Part shown: piece after piece, positions 1 through 9,336 of the stretch
Layout: each line of letters starts with the position of its first letter
Numbering within the stretch: position 1 is the stretch's first letter
DNA from: Candidatus Magasanikiibacteriota bacterium
GTDB taxonomy: Bacteria > Patescibacteriota > Patescibacteriia > Magasanikbacterales > JACTTX01
DNA length: 57,551 nt
Assembly: GCA_015661005.1 (NCBI GenBank)
Contig: JACTTX010000006.1
Span: forward strand, 1 to 57,551
Direction of reading: 5' to 3'
Position numbers and translations under genes: made by a program
Notes under the pieces: model-generated
Told to the model about the DNA's origin: nothing
What the model saw: the letters and a program-made list of their open reading frames with translations, nothing else
Databases searched by the model: none

Positions 1-189
1 CCCTTCCGTTAGTTGTAAAGAACTTCTCCTTGGTTGATTGATAATATACTTCACGGCTCGTAGCCTGTCAATTTTTTTTCTACATTATCTGTGGATAACT
101 CATTTTAATCAATAAAATAGGCCCTAAATAAATATATTTTTGTCAAAAAGGTAGCAACATAAATATTTAACGTCCTCAAAAACACAACA

Positions 190-213
190 CCCCGATGTCC
201 ATCGGGGCATTAC
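190..213 (-). terminator. Intrinsic terminator downstream of the 228..1031 gene
   Basis: Hairpin CCCCGATG-tc-CATCGGGG (190-207). On the minus strand it is followed by a T-rich tract. Confidence 0.6.
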
Positions 214-227
214 GTTTTTAAAAAAAT

Positions 228-1031
228 TTATACCATTTTTATCATTCCCCCGTTCCCATTTAAAACCCCATAAAGCATTTTACGGACGATGGCCAGTTCC
301 TCCGGCGTATTGACGCCGAGCGCCGACAACGGTTCAATGCTGATTGATTCTACTTTCTCACCCTGTTCAATGGCCATCTCTAAAAGATCGGTCAAATAAT
401 ATTCGCCTTGGGCGTTGTTATTTTTAAGCCGCGCCAAATTCGGCCAGAGCCAATCGGCGCGAAAACAATAATAACTCGGATTCACTTCTTTAATTTCCAA
501 TTCTTCTTCTATTGCATCCTTGCGTTCAACATCGCGCAAAATTTTTCCGTTCGCATCCCGAACAATGCGGCCCATATAGGAAAAAGCCACCCGCCAATCA
601 TTAAAATCCGGAACGGTGGCGGTCATCATGGTCAAGACCGCGCCGCTCGTTTTATGTTTGGTCACCAACTGATCAACAACGTCAGCCGGCACATGCGGCA
701 TATCCCCGTAAAGAACGACTACATGTTGATATTTCTTCTCGCACGCGCCGCGCGCTTGCAGAAGCGCGTGGCCGGTGCCGAGCTGTTCTTTTTGTTCAAC
801 GTAAGTGTAATGCGGCCCCAAGGCCTCCCGTACCATTTCCCCCTTATAGCCAATGATAATAATCGGCGCGGACTTCACCACGCACGCTTCAATGGAATGC
901 AGTAAATGTTTAATCAAGGGTTCCCCATAAAGCGGCACCAGTACCTTGGGCAAATCCTCAATCTGCATGCGTTTACCTTTGCCGCCGGCCAATATCACGA
1001 TTCCGACATCAGCATGTTCGTGTCCGTTCAT
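228..1031 (-). CDS. Sugar-1-phosphate nucleotidyltransferase, GlmU N-terminal-domain-like
   Basis: Motifs ILAGGKGKRM, LPKVLVP, QLGTGHAL, VLYGDMP and EYYLTD are typical of the GlmU/NTP-transferase fold. No C-terminal acetyltransferase hexapeptide domain is present. Confidence 0.75.
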   Translation of the reverse strand: MNGHEHADVGIVILAGGKGKRMQIEDLPKVLVPLYGEPLIKHLLHSIEACVVKSAPIIIIGYKGEMVREALGPHYTYVEQKEQLGTGHALLQARGACEKKYQHVVVLYGDMPHVPADVVDQLVTKHKTSGAVLTMMTATVPDFNDWRVAFSYMGRIVRDANGKILRDVERKDAIEEELEIKEVNPSYYCFRADWLWPNLARLKNNNAQGEYYLTDLLEMAIEQGEKVESISIEPLSALGVNTPEELAIVRKMLYGVLNGNGGMIKMV

Positions 1032-1051
1032 AGCGTGACTATTTTACCGAA

Positions 1052-1786
1052 TCAAATCCGTTTCCACAACTCCTCAAAAATCGTTTTCTGGCTTTGGTAC
1101 AAACCTTCATTTTCAATAATGACGGTCACTAATTGCTTGGCGGCGTCAAGGGAAACGTAGGCGCACTTGTCGGCATAAAGAAAAATATAGGTTGGCGATC
1201 CTTCCAGTTTCAAAAATTTCCTTTCATCAAGTCCTTTCATCTCGCCGCCCTCGCCAACGGCGATCACTTTGACTTTGACGCCGCGCTTGATGCGATCCTC
1301 CGTGAAATCTGGATAGGCATCACGCACAAAGGCGCGGATGTTGGACGAAGAAAAAGAGTAATAAGTTTTGTCTTGGCTGGCGGCCACCGTTTCCAAGAGA
1401 TCAACGAGCATGATTTTGACGCCGGCCGTGCCTTCAAAAAAACGCGCCGTCGGTTTTTCCCCGCCAGTTTTCTGAAGGGCCTTGAGTTCGGGAATGAGAT
1501 CTTTAAGCGGCTCGGCAAGTTCCCGCAATTTTTGGATACGATCTTCGGTCACGGCCGTGAGCTTGCCCGGATCTTCGGCGACAAAATATTGCTTGGCTTC
1601 TTTTTGATAGTAACTGACAATGCCCTGCTTGATCAGATCGCGCAAAATATCATAAGTTGTCCCGCGATTGACGTTGGCTTTGACGGCAATGGCGCGAACG
1701 GAAGACGGACCAAGAACCAGCAAAGTTAAGTACACCGCCATCTCTTTATCAGAAAAGCCGAGTTTTTTAAGAATGGCGGTGTTCAT
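1052..1786 (-). CDS. TrmB-family transcriptional regulator
   Basis: N-terminal wHTH (LGFSDKEMAVYLTLLVLGPSSVRAIAVKANVNRGTTYDILRDLIKQGIV) followed by a TrmB-like C-terminal domain. Confidence 0.75.
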   Translation of the reverse strand: MNTAILKKLGFSDKEMAVYLTLLVLGPSSVRAIAVKANVNRGTTYDILRDLIKQGIVSYYQKEAKQYFVAEDPGKLTAVTEDRIQKLRELAEPLKDLIPELKALQKTGGEKPTARFFEGTAGVKIMLVDLLETVAASQDKTYYSFSSSNIRAFVRDAYPDFTEDRIKRGVKVKVIAVGEGGEMKGLDERKFLKLEGSPTYIFLYADKCAYVSLDAAKQLVTVIIENEGLYQSQKTIFEELWKRI

Positions 1787-1813
1787 ATAACGATACTAAT
1801 ATACGAATGGGCG

Positions 1814-2827
1814 CTAATGATACAAATAGTTCTGAATGACGTTGCGCAAAGCGTCTTCATTATATCTAATCGGCGAGCGTTGAACGAGTGAGCTGTCGTG
1901 GGCAATGATAGAGGTATCGTCCAAAAGTGATGCGCGAATAATTTTTTCCGGAGAAATTGTTGGCGTGACAATGTCCTCAAGAATTCCGTACTCGCGATTG
2001 GCGCAAGCGGCGGCAACCGCGGGCGGCATTACGCTGGGGATAATCACCTGATCAACATCAAAGGTGGCAGAGTGAGCACGGAAAAAGTCAATTAACGCTT
2101 TGATATTGCGTCCGTGAACATGACCGTGTGTAACGGTGGCGTTAGGAAGCAATATTTTTTTGGCGGTTAAACGCGGCCACAGGGTGGCAACACCCTCAAG
2201 CAAAAAGAACGGCAAAACGCTGGAATACAAATCGCCGTTCGCAATGATGATAACATCCGCTTCTTTAAGCGCTGTCTCCGCTTCTTTCAGAAGTGGCGTT
2301 GCCGGTTCCAAATTGAGGCGCGCCACGGAAGATGTTAATCGCGGAGCGGAAGAAATTTTTTCGTCAATCCCGGCCCAAAATTTTTCCACCAGAAGCCGCT
2401 GTCCAGTCACCACTTCTCCGTTATCAAAAGTTGTCACCAGCGCCGGTGATTTGGCCGCGACCGGTAAAATCCGGCCGCCAACGCCGCACAACTCCGCCGC
2501 TTGGCGGCACGCTTCCAGAAAGGAATCGTGTTTTTTTTCCAAAGCGGCCAACAAAATATTTCCAAAAGCGTGTCCAGCCAATTCTCCATCCTGAAAACGC
2601 TGATTTAAAATTGCCGCCAAAAAATTTTTTGGATCAGCCATTGCCGCCAGACAATTACGTACATCCCCCATTGATTGAACGCCTAATTGCTTCATCAACC
2701 GGCCGGTGGAACCGCCGTCATCAACAACATTAACCACCGCCGTAATCTGAACATCCGGCAGAGTTCGTAAAATTCGCAACAACGCGGCCTGTCCGCCTCC
2801 GCCGCCGATGGTGACGACCCGTTTCAT
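1814..2827 (-). CDS. YvcK/CofD-family (UPF0052) protein
   Basis: N-terminal GGGGGQ loop and VNVVDDGGSTGRL motif. Confidence 0.75.
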   Translation of the reverse strand: MKRVVTIGGGGGQAALLRILRTLPDVQITAVVNVVDDGGSTGRLMKQLGVQSMGDVRNCLAAMADPKNFLAAILNQRFQDGELAGHAFGNILLAALEKKHDSFLEACRQAAELCGVGGRILPVAAKSPALVTTFDNGEVVTGQRLLVEKFWAGIDEKISSAPRLTSSVARLNLEPATPLLKEAETALKEADVIIIANGDLYSSVLPFFLLEGVATLWPRLTAKKILLPNATVTHGHVHGRNIKALIDFFRAHSATFDVDQVIIPSVMPPAVAAACANREYGILEDIVTPTISPEKIIRASLLDDTSIIAHDSSLVQRSPIRYNEDALRNVIQNYLYH

Positions 2828-2831
2828 AAAT

Positions 2832-3470
2832 CTATTTCAAAAAACCTTCCACAATAAATTCCAGCGCCTCATCCAAGGTCTCACAAACGCCATCCGGACA
2901 TTTCTCCGCATTGCGGCTGATCGGAATCACAATCACATCCGGAAACTTGGCGGCAATCTCTTTATTTTCTCCGACATGGTCATTCACAAAAAATGTTTCG
3001 CCGTCCGCTTCTTCCAAATGTTTGACCAAAGGCGAATATTTTTCATCTTCCACAATAATCACTTCATCCACGCAGTCACTTAAGCCCGTGCCTTGGAGTT
3101 TCAGTTGTTGGATTTTCGGATTACCGCGCGACAGCAGTACGCGACGCACGCCGTGCACGCCGAGCGCCTCTAAAAAATTCAACGAGTCGTCATAAATAAA
3201 ATCCGCGGATTCCAAACCGTGCTGGTACCACTCGCGGCTGAAATCATCCACCGAAACCGGAACTTGATACTTTTGCGTTAGCAATTGCGCCAACTGCATG
3301 GGATCGCCGACAGCATTGACGCCGCTTCTATCGCGCATTTCTTCATAGGCCTTAAAATAAATTTCCGGCGCGATTTTAAATTTCTTGCAAACGTGTTGCG
3401 CAATAAAATAATGCCAAGCCGTGGTGTCAAAAAGGGTGTGGTCAAGATCAATGAAGCAGGTATGAGTCAT
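2832..3470 (-). CDS. HAD-superfamily hydrolase
   Basis: Motif I, FIDLDHTLFDT, lies at the N-terminus. Size is typical for HAD. Confidence 0.6.
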   Translation of the reverse strand: MTHTCFIDLDHTLFDTTAWHYFIAQHVCKKFKIAPEIYFKAYEEMRDRSGVNAVGDPMQLAQLLTQKYQVPVSVDDFSREWYQHGLESADFIYDDSLNFLEALGVHGVRRVLLSRGNPKIQQLKLQGTGLSDCVDEVIIVEDEKYSPLVKHLEEADGETFFVNDHVGENKEIAAKFPDVIVIPISRNAEKCPDGVCETLDEALEFIVEGFLK

Positions 3471-3489
3471 AAAGAATATGAAATGTTAA

Positions 3490-3544
3490 CAGTAAAGTGA
3501 AAATAGCGTGTTCTTCAATCAAGAACGCTATTTGCACTTTACTG
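3490..3544. repeat. Nested palindromic REP/MITE-like element, copy 1 (core variant A)
   Basis: CAGTAAAGTGAAAATAGCGTGTTCTTCAATCAAGAACGCTATTTGCACTTTACTG. It shares the core AAAT(A/G)(G/T)CGTGTTCT.CAATCAAGAACG....ATTT with the other copies. Confidence 0.8.
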
Positions 3545-4444
3545 TCACTTTAACACTGATAATGTTAAGGCTAAAAGACCTTGATGCGCCAGATGTTCGT
3601 CAAGGTTGGCATAGATCTGGACGCCATCGCGCAGTGCCGGAATGACGCGGCGGGAAATTTCTTCGCGCAAGGTTTTTTCAAATCGCGAAAAGGCGCGAGC
3701 CACACCGCCGGTTAGGAGCACATGGGACGGATTGACGGCCCAAATAATATTGCTCACGGCAAAACCGATTTTATGTCCGACCCAATCCCACAATTCTTGA
3801 GCGCGGGGATCTACCGAGTTAAACAAATCTTTGCCGTCACGCACCATAAGCCCGAGCGCCTGCGCTTGCGAAACCAAATCTTTCCAACCGACGTAACGTT
3901 CAAGACAGCCGCGATTGCCACAGCCGCAAGCCGGACCGTCAGCATCAATGCTCATATGGCCGAATTCGCCGGCCGAGGAAGTGACGCCTGTCACCATTGT
4001 ACCATTGATGAGCATGCCGCCACCCACCCCGGTGCCTAAGGTGAAACCGACAAACGGCGTTTTGGGAGATCCCGCCGCTCTCCAGCCGCCAAAAATGGCG
4101 GCGGTGGAATCATTGGTCATTATAAACGGCAAATCAGTAAGCCCTTCCAAAGAAACATTTTCCAATTCAAGAGCGACGCTTTTCAAAATTGTTTTTTCTT
4201 TGCTCGGACCAGGCACGGCAATCGCGACCTGATCAAAAGAAAAGCTTCCGCCTCCCGTCGTTTCTGAAAAACTTTTTCCACGCATCTCTTCAATGATCCC
4301 TCTAAGTTGCGGCAAAAAAGCGTCGCCTTTTTTTGTCGGCGCGCTTCCTGAAGAGATTACTGCGCCGTTTTGATCCAGCACGGCGTATTTAATTGTCGTT
4401 CCGCCCGCGTCAATCGTGAGAACCATATGCGGAAACGGTAACAA
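3545..4444 (-). CDS. ROK-family sugar kinase
   Basis: N-terminal LTIDAGGTTIKYAVLD and ROK signature GEFGHMSIDADGPACGCGNRGCLERY. Confidence 0.8.
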   Translation of the reverse strand: MLPFPHMVLTIDAGGTTIKYAVLDQNGAVISSGSAPTKKGDAFLPQLRGIIEEMRGKSFSETTGGGSFSFDQVAIAVPGPSKEKTILKSVALELENVSLEGLTDLPFIMTNDSTAAIFGGWRAAGSPKTPFVGFTLGTGVGGGMLINGTMVTGVTSSAGEFGHMSIDADGPACGCGNRGCLERYVGWKDLVSQAQALGLMVRDGKDLFNSVDPRAQELWDWVGHKIGFAVSNIIWAVNPSHVLLTGGVARAFSRFEKTLREEISRRVIPALRDGVQIYANLDEHLAHQGLLALTLSVLK

Positions 4445-4496
4445 ATACGGGGATTTTTGTCAATGGAAAGGAGCTTCCCGGCAGTAAAAAGCGCCG

Positions 4497-5399
4497 TTAC
4501 TCGCCGCGCACACGCAGGATCACTTCCGGATCCTTCGGCGGCATAGCGCCAACCTGTGAAGCCACCCATGAGCCCAATAAATTTGCGGCTTCACTCATCA
4601 ACTCCAACGGGCTTCCTCTTAAATAGTGATGAGCCAACGCGGCGGTGAAGGCGTCACCGGCGCCAACGGCATCAGCAACCGCAACCGGAAATCCCGGATG
4701 TTCAGTTTGTTGTTTGGCGGTCACGAATAAACTGCCCCGCGCCCCGCGTGTCACACAAACTAAATCCAACGCAAACTTGTTTAATAAATCGCGGGCGAGT
4801 TCCTCTTCACTTGATCCAGATAACGCTAAAATGTTTTTGACGACTTGAATCTCCTGATCATTTAATTTCACGACATCAGCCGAACGCAAAGATTGAACGA
4901 GTAATTCCTCCGAATAATATGATTGCCGCAAATTGACATCAAAAATTTTTACGCACTCACTGCGCGTCGTTGGCAAAAATTTCTGAATCGTTTGGCGCGA
5001 GGGCAAGGTGCGTTGGGCCAGCGTCCCAAAACATACGGCATCAGCGACGCGGGCGAGCGCTTCCCAATCTTCGGTCCATTCAAAATTATCCCAAGCCGTG
5101 TTTTCAATAATCGTGAAATCCGGCTGGCCATTCACGTCCAATTTCACCTGCACCGTGCCGGTCGGATGCGCCGCGTCAATTTGCAGGTGATTGGTTTCCA
5201 ATCCGCGGAGAGCGAGCGTACTAATAATTTCTTCACCGAGCGCATCGGAACCGACACGACTCAAAATTAATCCGCGATCACCCAAGGCCGCGGCGTGATA
5301 CGCAAAATTTGCCGGTGCGCCGCCCAGTTGCTTCCCGCCGGGCAAGAGATCAAAAAGTAGTTCGCCAATCCCAACTATGGCGAACGAACGGTCATTCAT
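4497..5399 (-). CDS. PfkB-family carbohydrate kinase (fructokinase-like)
   Basis: GIGELLFD...GGAPANFA at the N-terminus and AVGAGDAFTAAL at the C-terminus. Confidence 0.8.
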   Translation of the reverse strand: MNDRSFAIVGIGELLFDLLPGGKQLGGAPANFAYHAAALGDRGLILSRVGSDALGEEIISTLALRGLETNHLQIDAAHPTGTVQVKLDVNGQPDFTIIENTAWDNFEWTEDWEALARVADAVCFGTLAQRTLPSRQTIQKFLPTTRSECVKIFDVNLRQSYYSEELLVQSLRSADVVKLNDQEIQVVKNILALSGSSEEELARDLLNKFALDLVCVTRGARGSLFVTAKQQTEHPGFPVAVADAVGAGDAFTAALAHHYLRGSPLELMSEAANLLGSWVASQVGAMPPKDPEVILRVRGE

Positions 5400-6313
5400 A
5401 ATTGCGCGTTAAGCGCCAATCGCGCCGCGCCGATAATTCCGGCATCCTCTCCCAAGACCGCCGGACGAATTTCCGCTTGCGCCGCTAAATCGGAAAACGC
5501 CCGCAAAGCAATCTCTTCCATCATTTTTGGTTCAAATAATTTCCACGCCTTGGCAATTTTACCGCTGATCACAATCACGTCGGGATTAAAAATATCAATG
5601 AGCGCCCCGAGCGCGCGGCCAAGATAAATTCCAACGCGATTCCAAACCAGAATGGCTCCGGCGTGGCCGGCTTCGGCCCGCTCTTGCACCTGTTTGGGAT
5701 TTTCAATTTCCGGACCAACCAACTCTTGTCCCCAATCAATAATCGCTTTGGCGTTGGCATGCGCTTCAAAACAACCTTGGTGTCCGGCATTGCAAGCGCG
5801 TCCGTCCGGCTCCACCATGATGTGTCCTAGTTCCGCCCCTAAACCATAGGCGCCGTTAAAAATTTTGTCACCAATGATCACGCCGCCGCCGATGCCCGTT
5901 CCCAAGGTCAGGGCAACAACAACTTTTTTGCCGCGCCCGCCGCCAATCCAGGCCTCGCCATAAGCGGCAACATTAGCATCGTTTTCAAGAACAACGGAAA
6001 GTCCCGTCAGGCCAACCAATTTTTCCCGCAAAGGATAATTTCTTTCAAACTTCAAATTTGGCGTGGCGACAATAACTCCTTGATGAGGATCAAGCGGCCC
6101 GGGCGAACCAATGCCAACGGCGGCGACTTCAATTCCTTTATCTTTGGCATCGGCGGCTAAATCATTAATCACTTTCATGATGCTCTGCAGAATCTTTTCA
6201 CCGTTCACGTTATCAGTTGGATGTTCACGGCGGGCAATAATTTCACCGGCATCAGAAACAATCGCGCCTTTGCACGATTGTCCACCTAAATCAATTCCTA
6301 AAACGTACGACAT
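5396..6313 (-). CDS. ROK-family glucokinase
   Basis: LGIDLGGQSCKGAIV and ELGHIMVEPDGRACNAGHQGCFEAHA. The 4-nt overlap with the downstream kinase suggests an operon. Confidence 0.8.
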   Translation of the reverse strand: MSYVLGIDLGGQSCKGAIVSDAGEIIARREHPTDNVNGEKILQSIMKVINDLAADAKDKGIEVAAVGIGSPGPLDPHQGVIVATPNLKFERNYPLREKLVGLTGLSVVLENDANVAAYGEAWIGGGRGKKVVVALTLGTGIGGGVIIGDKIFNGAYGLGAELGHIMVEPDGRACNAGHQGCFEAHANAKAIIDWGQELVGPEIENPKQVQERAEAGHAGAILVWNRVGIYLGRALGALIDIFNPDVIVISGKIAKAWKLFEPKMMEEIALRAFSDLAAQAEIRPAVLGEDAGIIGAARLALNAQL

Positions 6314-6419
6314 ATTGCTGGTTTTAATAGTATCAAAGACCTCTTAAAACGAGAAGAGCCGCTGGTGTTAAACCGGCGGCCTTCCCTCCTAAGTGCGGTG
6401 TCGAAACCGCGTTGTAGCG

Positions 6420-7274
6420 TCAGACGGCGGACGCGGCCAAGGGATGCCCTAACGCGAACCGACGTTCTCGAGTGTCACGGACATCTGCCCAGTACCTCTC
6501 AAGAATCTGGGCGCCATTTACCAGAACCCCGCTTCGCGCAAGGTCAAGGATGATACTGATGACACCCTCTCCGAACCAATACTCGGAGATGAAGCCGTCG
6601 CGGCCCGCCACGAGATTGATCACTTCCGGATCGGCGTTCCCGGGCGCTCCGGGAATCACCTGCGGATCGGCGAGAAGTCCCTTGTCTCCGGAACTGTCAC
6701 CGAAGTAGAGGACGCGCTCATCGCCATTGAGTCCGAGATGTGGGACGATGTTGACCTTGTCCCACGCCTTCGGCCCGACATCCAGTCCGACACCCGGGAA
6801 GATCTGGACGTCAAGCGGCCAGCCCTCTTGGGTGATCTGCTCGCGGAAGCGCTCGGCCGTACGAGAAAATGTCATCTCGTCCGGGAACATCATCGGGTTG
6901 AACATTGTCACCTTGTCGGTGACGTACTTCCATCCCCGGATGTTAGAACACTTCACCCACTCCATGAACGCTCGGATCGGGAGAAGCAGGTACTCCGGAA
7001 TGAGTTGCTCAACCCGGCGCGTCTCCAGATCAAGCCGGAAAGCTCCGTGCTCAAAGTAGAGCCATCCCTGCGTGAGTCCGAGAGCTCCGGCGAACCGCTC
7101 GGCCCGCGGCCGGTCCCGTCCGGTCACGAGTTCAAACGAGACCCCGACTTCTTCCACGATCTGGACGAGCTTGACGAGGCGAGAATCCACCACCTCCACG
7201 CCCTGATCCGCGGACTGACGCATGAGCGTCCCGTCCACGTCACTTTTGATTCTTCTGATGCTCTCTTTCTTCAC
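6420..7274 (-). CDS. HAD-IIB (Cof/sucrose-phosphatase-like) phosphatase on a high-GC segment
   Basis: DVDGTL motif I and GDSSGD motif IV. GTG start. G+C is visibly higher than in the flanks, and there is a 230-aa shadow ORF on the opposite strand. Confidence 0.55.
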   Translation of the reverse strand: MKKESIRRIKSDVDGTLMRQSADQGVEVVDSRLVKLVQIVEEVGVSFELVTGRDRPRAERFAGALGLTQGWLYFEHGAFRLDLETRRVEQLIPEYLLLPIRAFMEWVKCSNIRGWKYVTDKVTMFNPMMFPDEMTFSRTAERFREQITQEGWPLDVQIFPGVGLDVGPKAWDKVNIVPHLGLNGDERVLYFGDSSGDKGLLADPQVIPGAPGNADPEVINLVAGRDGFISEYWFGEGVISIILDLARSGVLVNGAQILERYWADVRDTRERRFALGHPLAASAV

Positions 7275-7434
7275 GGTCTTCTTCCTCTCTCACGATCTCC
7301 GGCGAAGAAATTCGTGCAGATGCTCCCTCGCGAGAGCTGTTGTCTTCTAACGACGGAAGAGAGCCCCTCTCTTCGCGCAAAAATCTTTCGAGGCACAAGC
7401 GCCAAATGTCCGCGCTTTTGCGTCGAATGAATCT

Positions 7435-8265
7435 TTACGCATGCCACTCGGAGACCGCCCGCGCAAAATCTTCCGGCGTGCCGACATCAAACCAAGCGCC
7501 GGAAAAATTGTAACCGCTAATTTTCTTTTCTTTGGCGAGCTCGGACAAAACTTCTTTCTCCAAAGAACGCGTCTGCGCGCCGATCCGATCCAGAACTTTC
7601 GGATCAAGCACGGCCGCGCCAGCAAAAATCAGATGACTGCGTTCAGCGCGATCCGGTTTTTCCATAAAACGGGTGATGCGCGTGCCATCCATTGCCACCA
7701 CACCCCAACCGCGCGTATCGGCCACGGAAGTGACGGCCAAAGTTGCGAGCGCGTCATGAGTGTGATGAAAGTTCACCAAATCAACCCAGTTGATGTCAGC
7801 CAAGACATCGCCATACAATAAAAGAAAGGGATCACTGCCGACGAGCGCTTTAAGAGCGCGTACCGGTTGCGCCGTGCCGTTCTCTTTTTTTTGTTTCACG
7901 TATGTGAGACGCACGCCAAGTTTGCCGCCATCGCCGAAATGTTCCTGAATTTTTTCTCCAAGATTGCCGACTGACAAAATAATATCTTTAAGCCCGGCCT
8001 CGCGAAGAGTCCGGAGAGTATGAAAAAGCAGGGGCTCGCCCCTGACCGGCAGAAGCGCTTTGGGCATTTCCAGAGTAAGCGGCTGCATTTTCACACCGGC
8101 CCCGCCGGCCAGAATTACCACCTTGGTAACCTTGGAGAGAAACTGCTGGGAGAGCAGATACTCAATGGCATGCGAACGATTGCGAATGGTTTTTTTGTCA
8201 ATGACCGAATCCAGCGACTTGATAACGTTCGGCGACAAGGTGATAGTGAGACGAACACGGGCCAT
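7435..8265 (-). CDS. Ribbon-helix-helix domain fused to a sugar-phosphate nucleotidyltransferase
   Basis: N-terminal CopG-like RLTITLSPNVIKSLDSVIDKKTIRNRSHAIEYLL. It is followed by VVILAGGAGVKMQPLT..PKALLPVRGEPLL and a YGDV motif. Confidence 0.7.
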   Translation of the reverse strand: MARVRLTITLSPNVIKSLDSVIDKKTIRNRSHAIEYLLSQQFLSKVTKVVILAGGAGVKMQPLTLEMPKALLPVRGEPLLFHTLRTLREAGLKDIILSVGNLGEKIQEHFGDGGKLGVRLTYVKQKKENGTAQPVRALKALVGSDPFLLLYGDVLADINWVDLVNFHHTHDALATLAVTSVADTRGWGVVAMDGTRITRFMEKPDRAERSHLIFAGAAVLDPKVLDRIGAQTRSLEKEVLSELAKEKKISGYNFSGAWFDVGTPEDFARAVSEWHA

Positions 8266-8394
8266 GTGATTTTTTACTTATTTTTTCCGCTGTTTGATGT
8301 TTTTCACGATTGTCATACAGTATCATACTTTCTCCGGCGGACGGCAAGAGTGAGGTGTGGATAAATAATTTCGGGCTGGCAATGAACCGATAAC

Positions 8395-8419
8395 AAAAAA
8401 GCCGCGCAAAAACCGCGGC
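8395..8419 (-). terminator. Intrinsic terminator after 5S rRNA
   Basis: Minus strand reads GCCGCG-guuuuug-CGCGGC followed by TTTTTT, about 20 nt past the 5S 3' end. Confidence 0.7.
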
Positions 8420-8440
8420 AAAAAAACAAAAAGAGACAGT

Positions 8441-8562
8441 GTCCTGGCGACGACCTACTTTCGCGGGACCGGGTTAGGTCCAACTATCATCGGCCCAGAG
8501 CTGCTTAACTGCCGTGTTCGGAATGGGAACGGGTGTGACCAGCTCGGTAGCGCCACCAAGAC
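8441..8562 (-). rRNA. rrf: 5S rRNA
   Basis: The reverse complement contains CCGUUCCCAUUCCGAACACGG and has terminal helix GUCUUGGUGGCG/CGUCGCCAGGAC. Confidence 0.9.
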
Positions 8563-8888
8563 GCTGTCTCTTTTTTGTTACAGGTTGGCATTGGCAATGC
8601 ATCAACCTATTTAAAAAATCGAGTAAGAAATAAGAGCACACGAACCACCACTTAGTGCTAGAGTGATCGTGCCAAGACCGATAAGTACGGCTCGGCTCAA
8701 ACCCTTGCGGGTCTTCCACCTGCCGCCTTTCAACCCGATAATCTCTCGGGGGTCTGCGAAGGTTAATCTTGAGGACGGCTTCACGCTTATATGCTTTCAG
8801 CGTTTATCCGTGCCGAACGTCGCTACCCGGCTATGCCCCTGGTGGGACAACCGGTACACAAGAGGTTCGTCCTTTCCGGTCCTCTCGT

Positions 8889-9273
8889 CACATATTCTTC
8901 TATTTCTAGAAGTGTAGACTATATCTTCACCGCGCCGTTTTTTATAATATCGGCGGACGGTGTCAGCGTATGATAGAAGTTTTAATCACGATTATCGTGC
9001 GCCTTCTATCTCATCCTTTCGGAATCAGTCGTTACGGGGTCAAACCTACAATTTTCATGATTCTCGCGATATACGCGCGTTCTTCATTTGTAAGATGACT
9101 TCCCACGGTATTATCTTTAAGAGTGAATACGGTCCTCAAGTACATAATACCATGCTTTTTGGACCGATAAAGCATGAGCCGCAACCGAATTTCGCTCAAA
9201 GAAGACTTCACCGTTATTAGCTGCATTGTCATCGCGTGTTTCCACGCGAAGTAGCAGTGGCCTTTAAAGGCCT
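8889..9273 (-). mobile_element. Group I intron 1 in 23S, inside the sarcin-ricin loop segment (CCUAGU | ACGAGAGG)
   Basis: The conserved exon sequence is interrupted here. The 5' exon ends in U and the intron ends in G. Core element GAAGAUAUAGUC lies near the 3' end. Only a 66-aa residual ORF is present. Confidence 0.75.
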
Positions 9274-9336
9274 ACTAGGAAAGAGCCCTCTCAACCTTCA
9301 ACGCCCGTGGTAGATAGGAGACCGAACTGTCTCACG

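Noticed and set aside
90-98. Perfect DnaA boxes (TGTGGATAA at 90-98 and again at 8347-8355) as evidence for oriC.
   Set aside because: These are single, widely separated boxes. There is no cluster, no adjacent AT-rich unwinding element and no dnaA or dnaN gene in the window.
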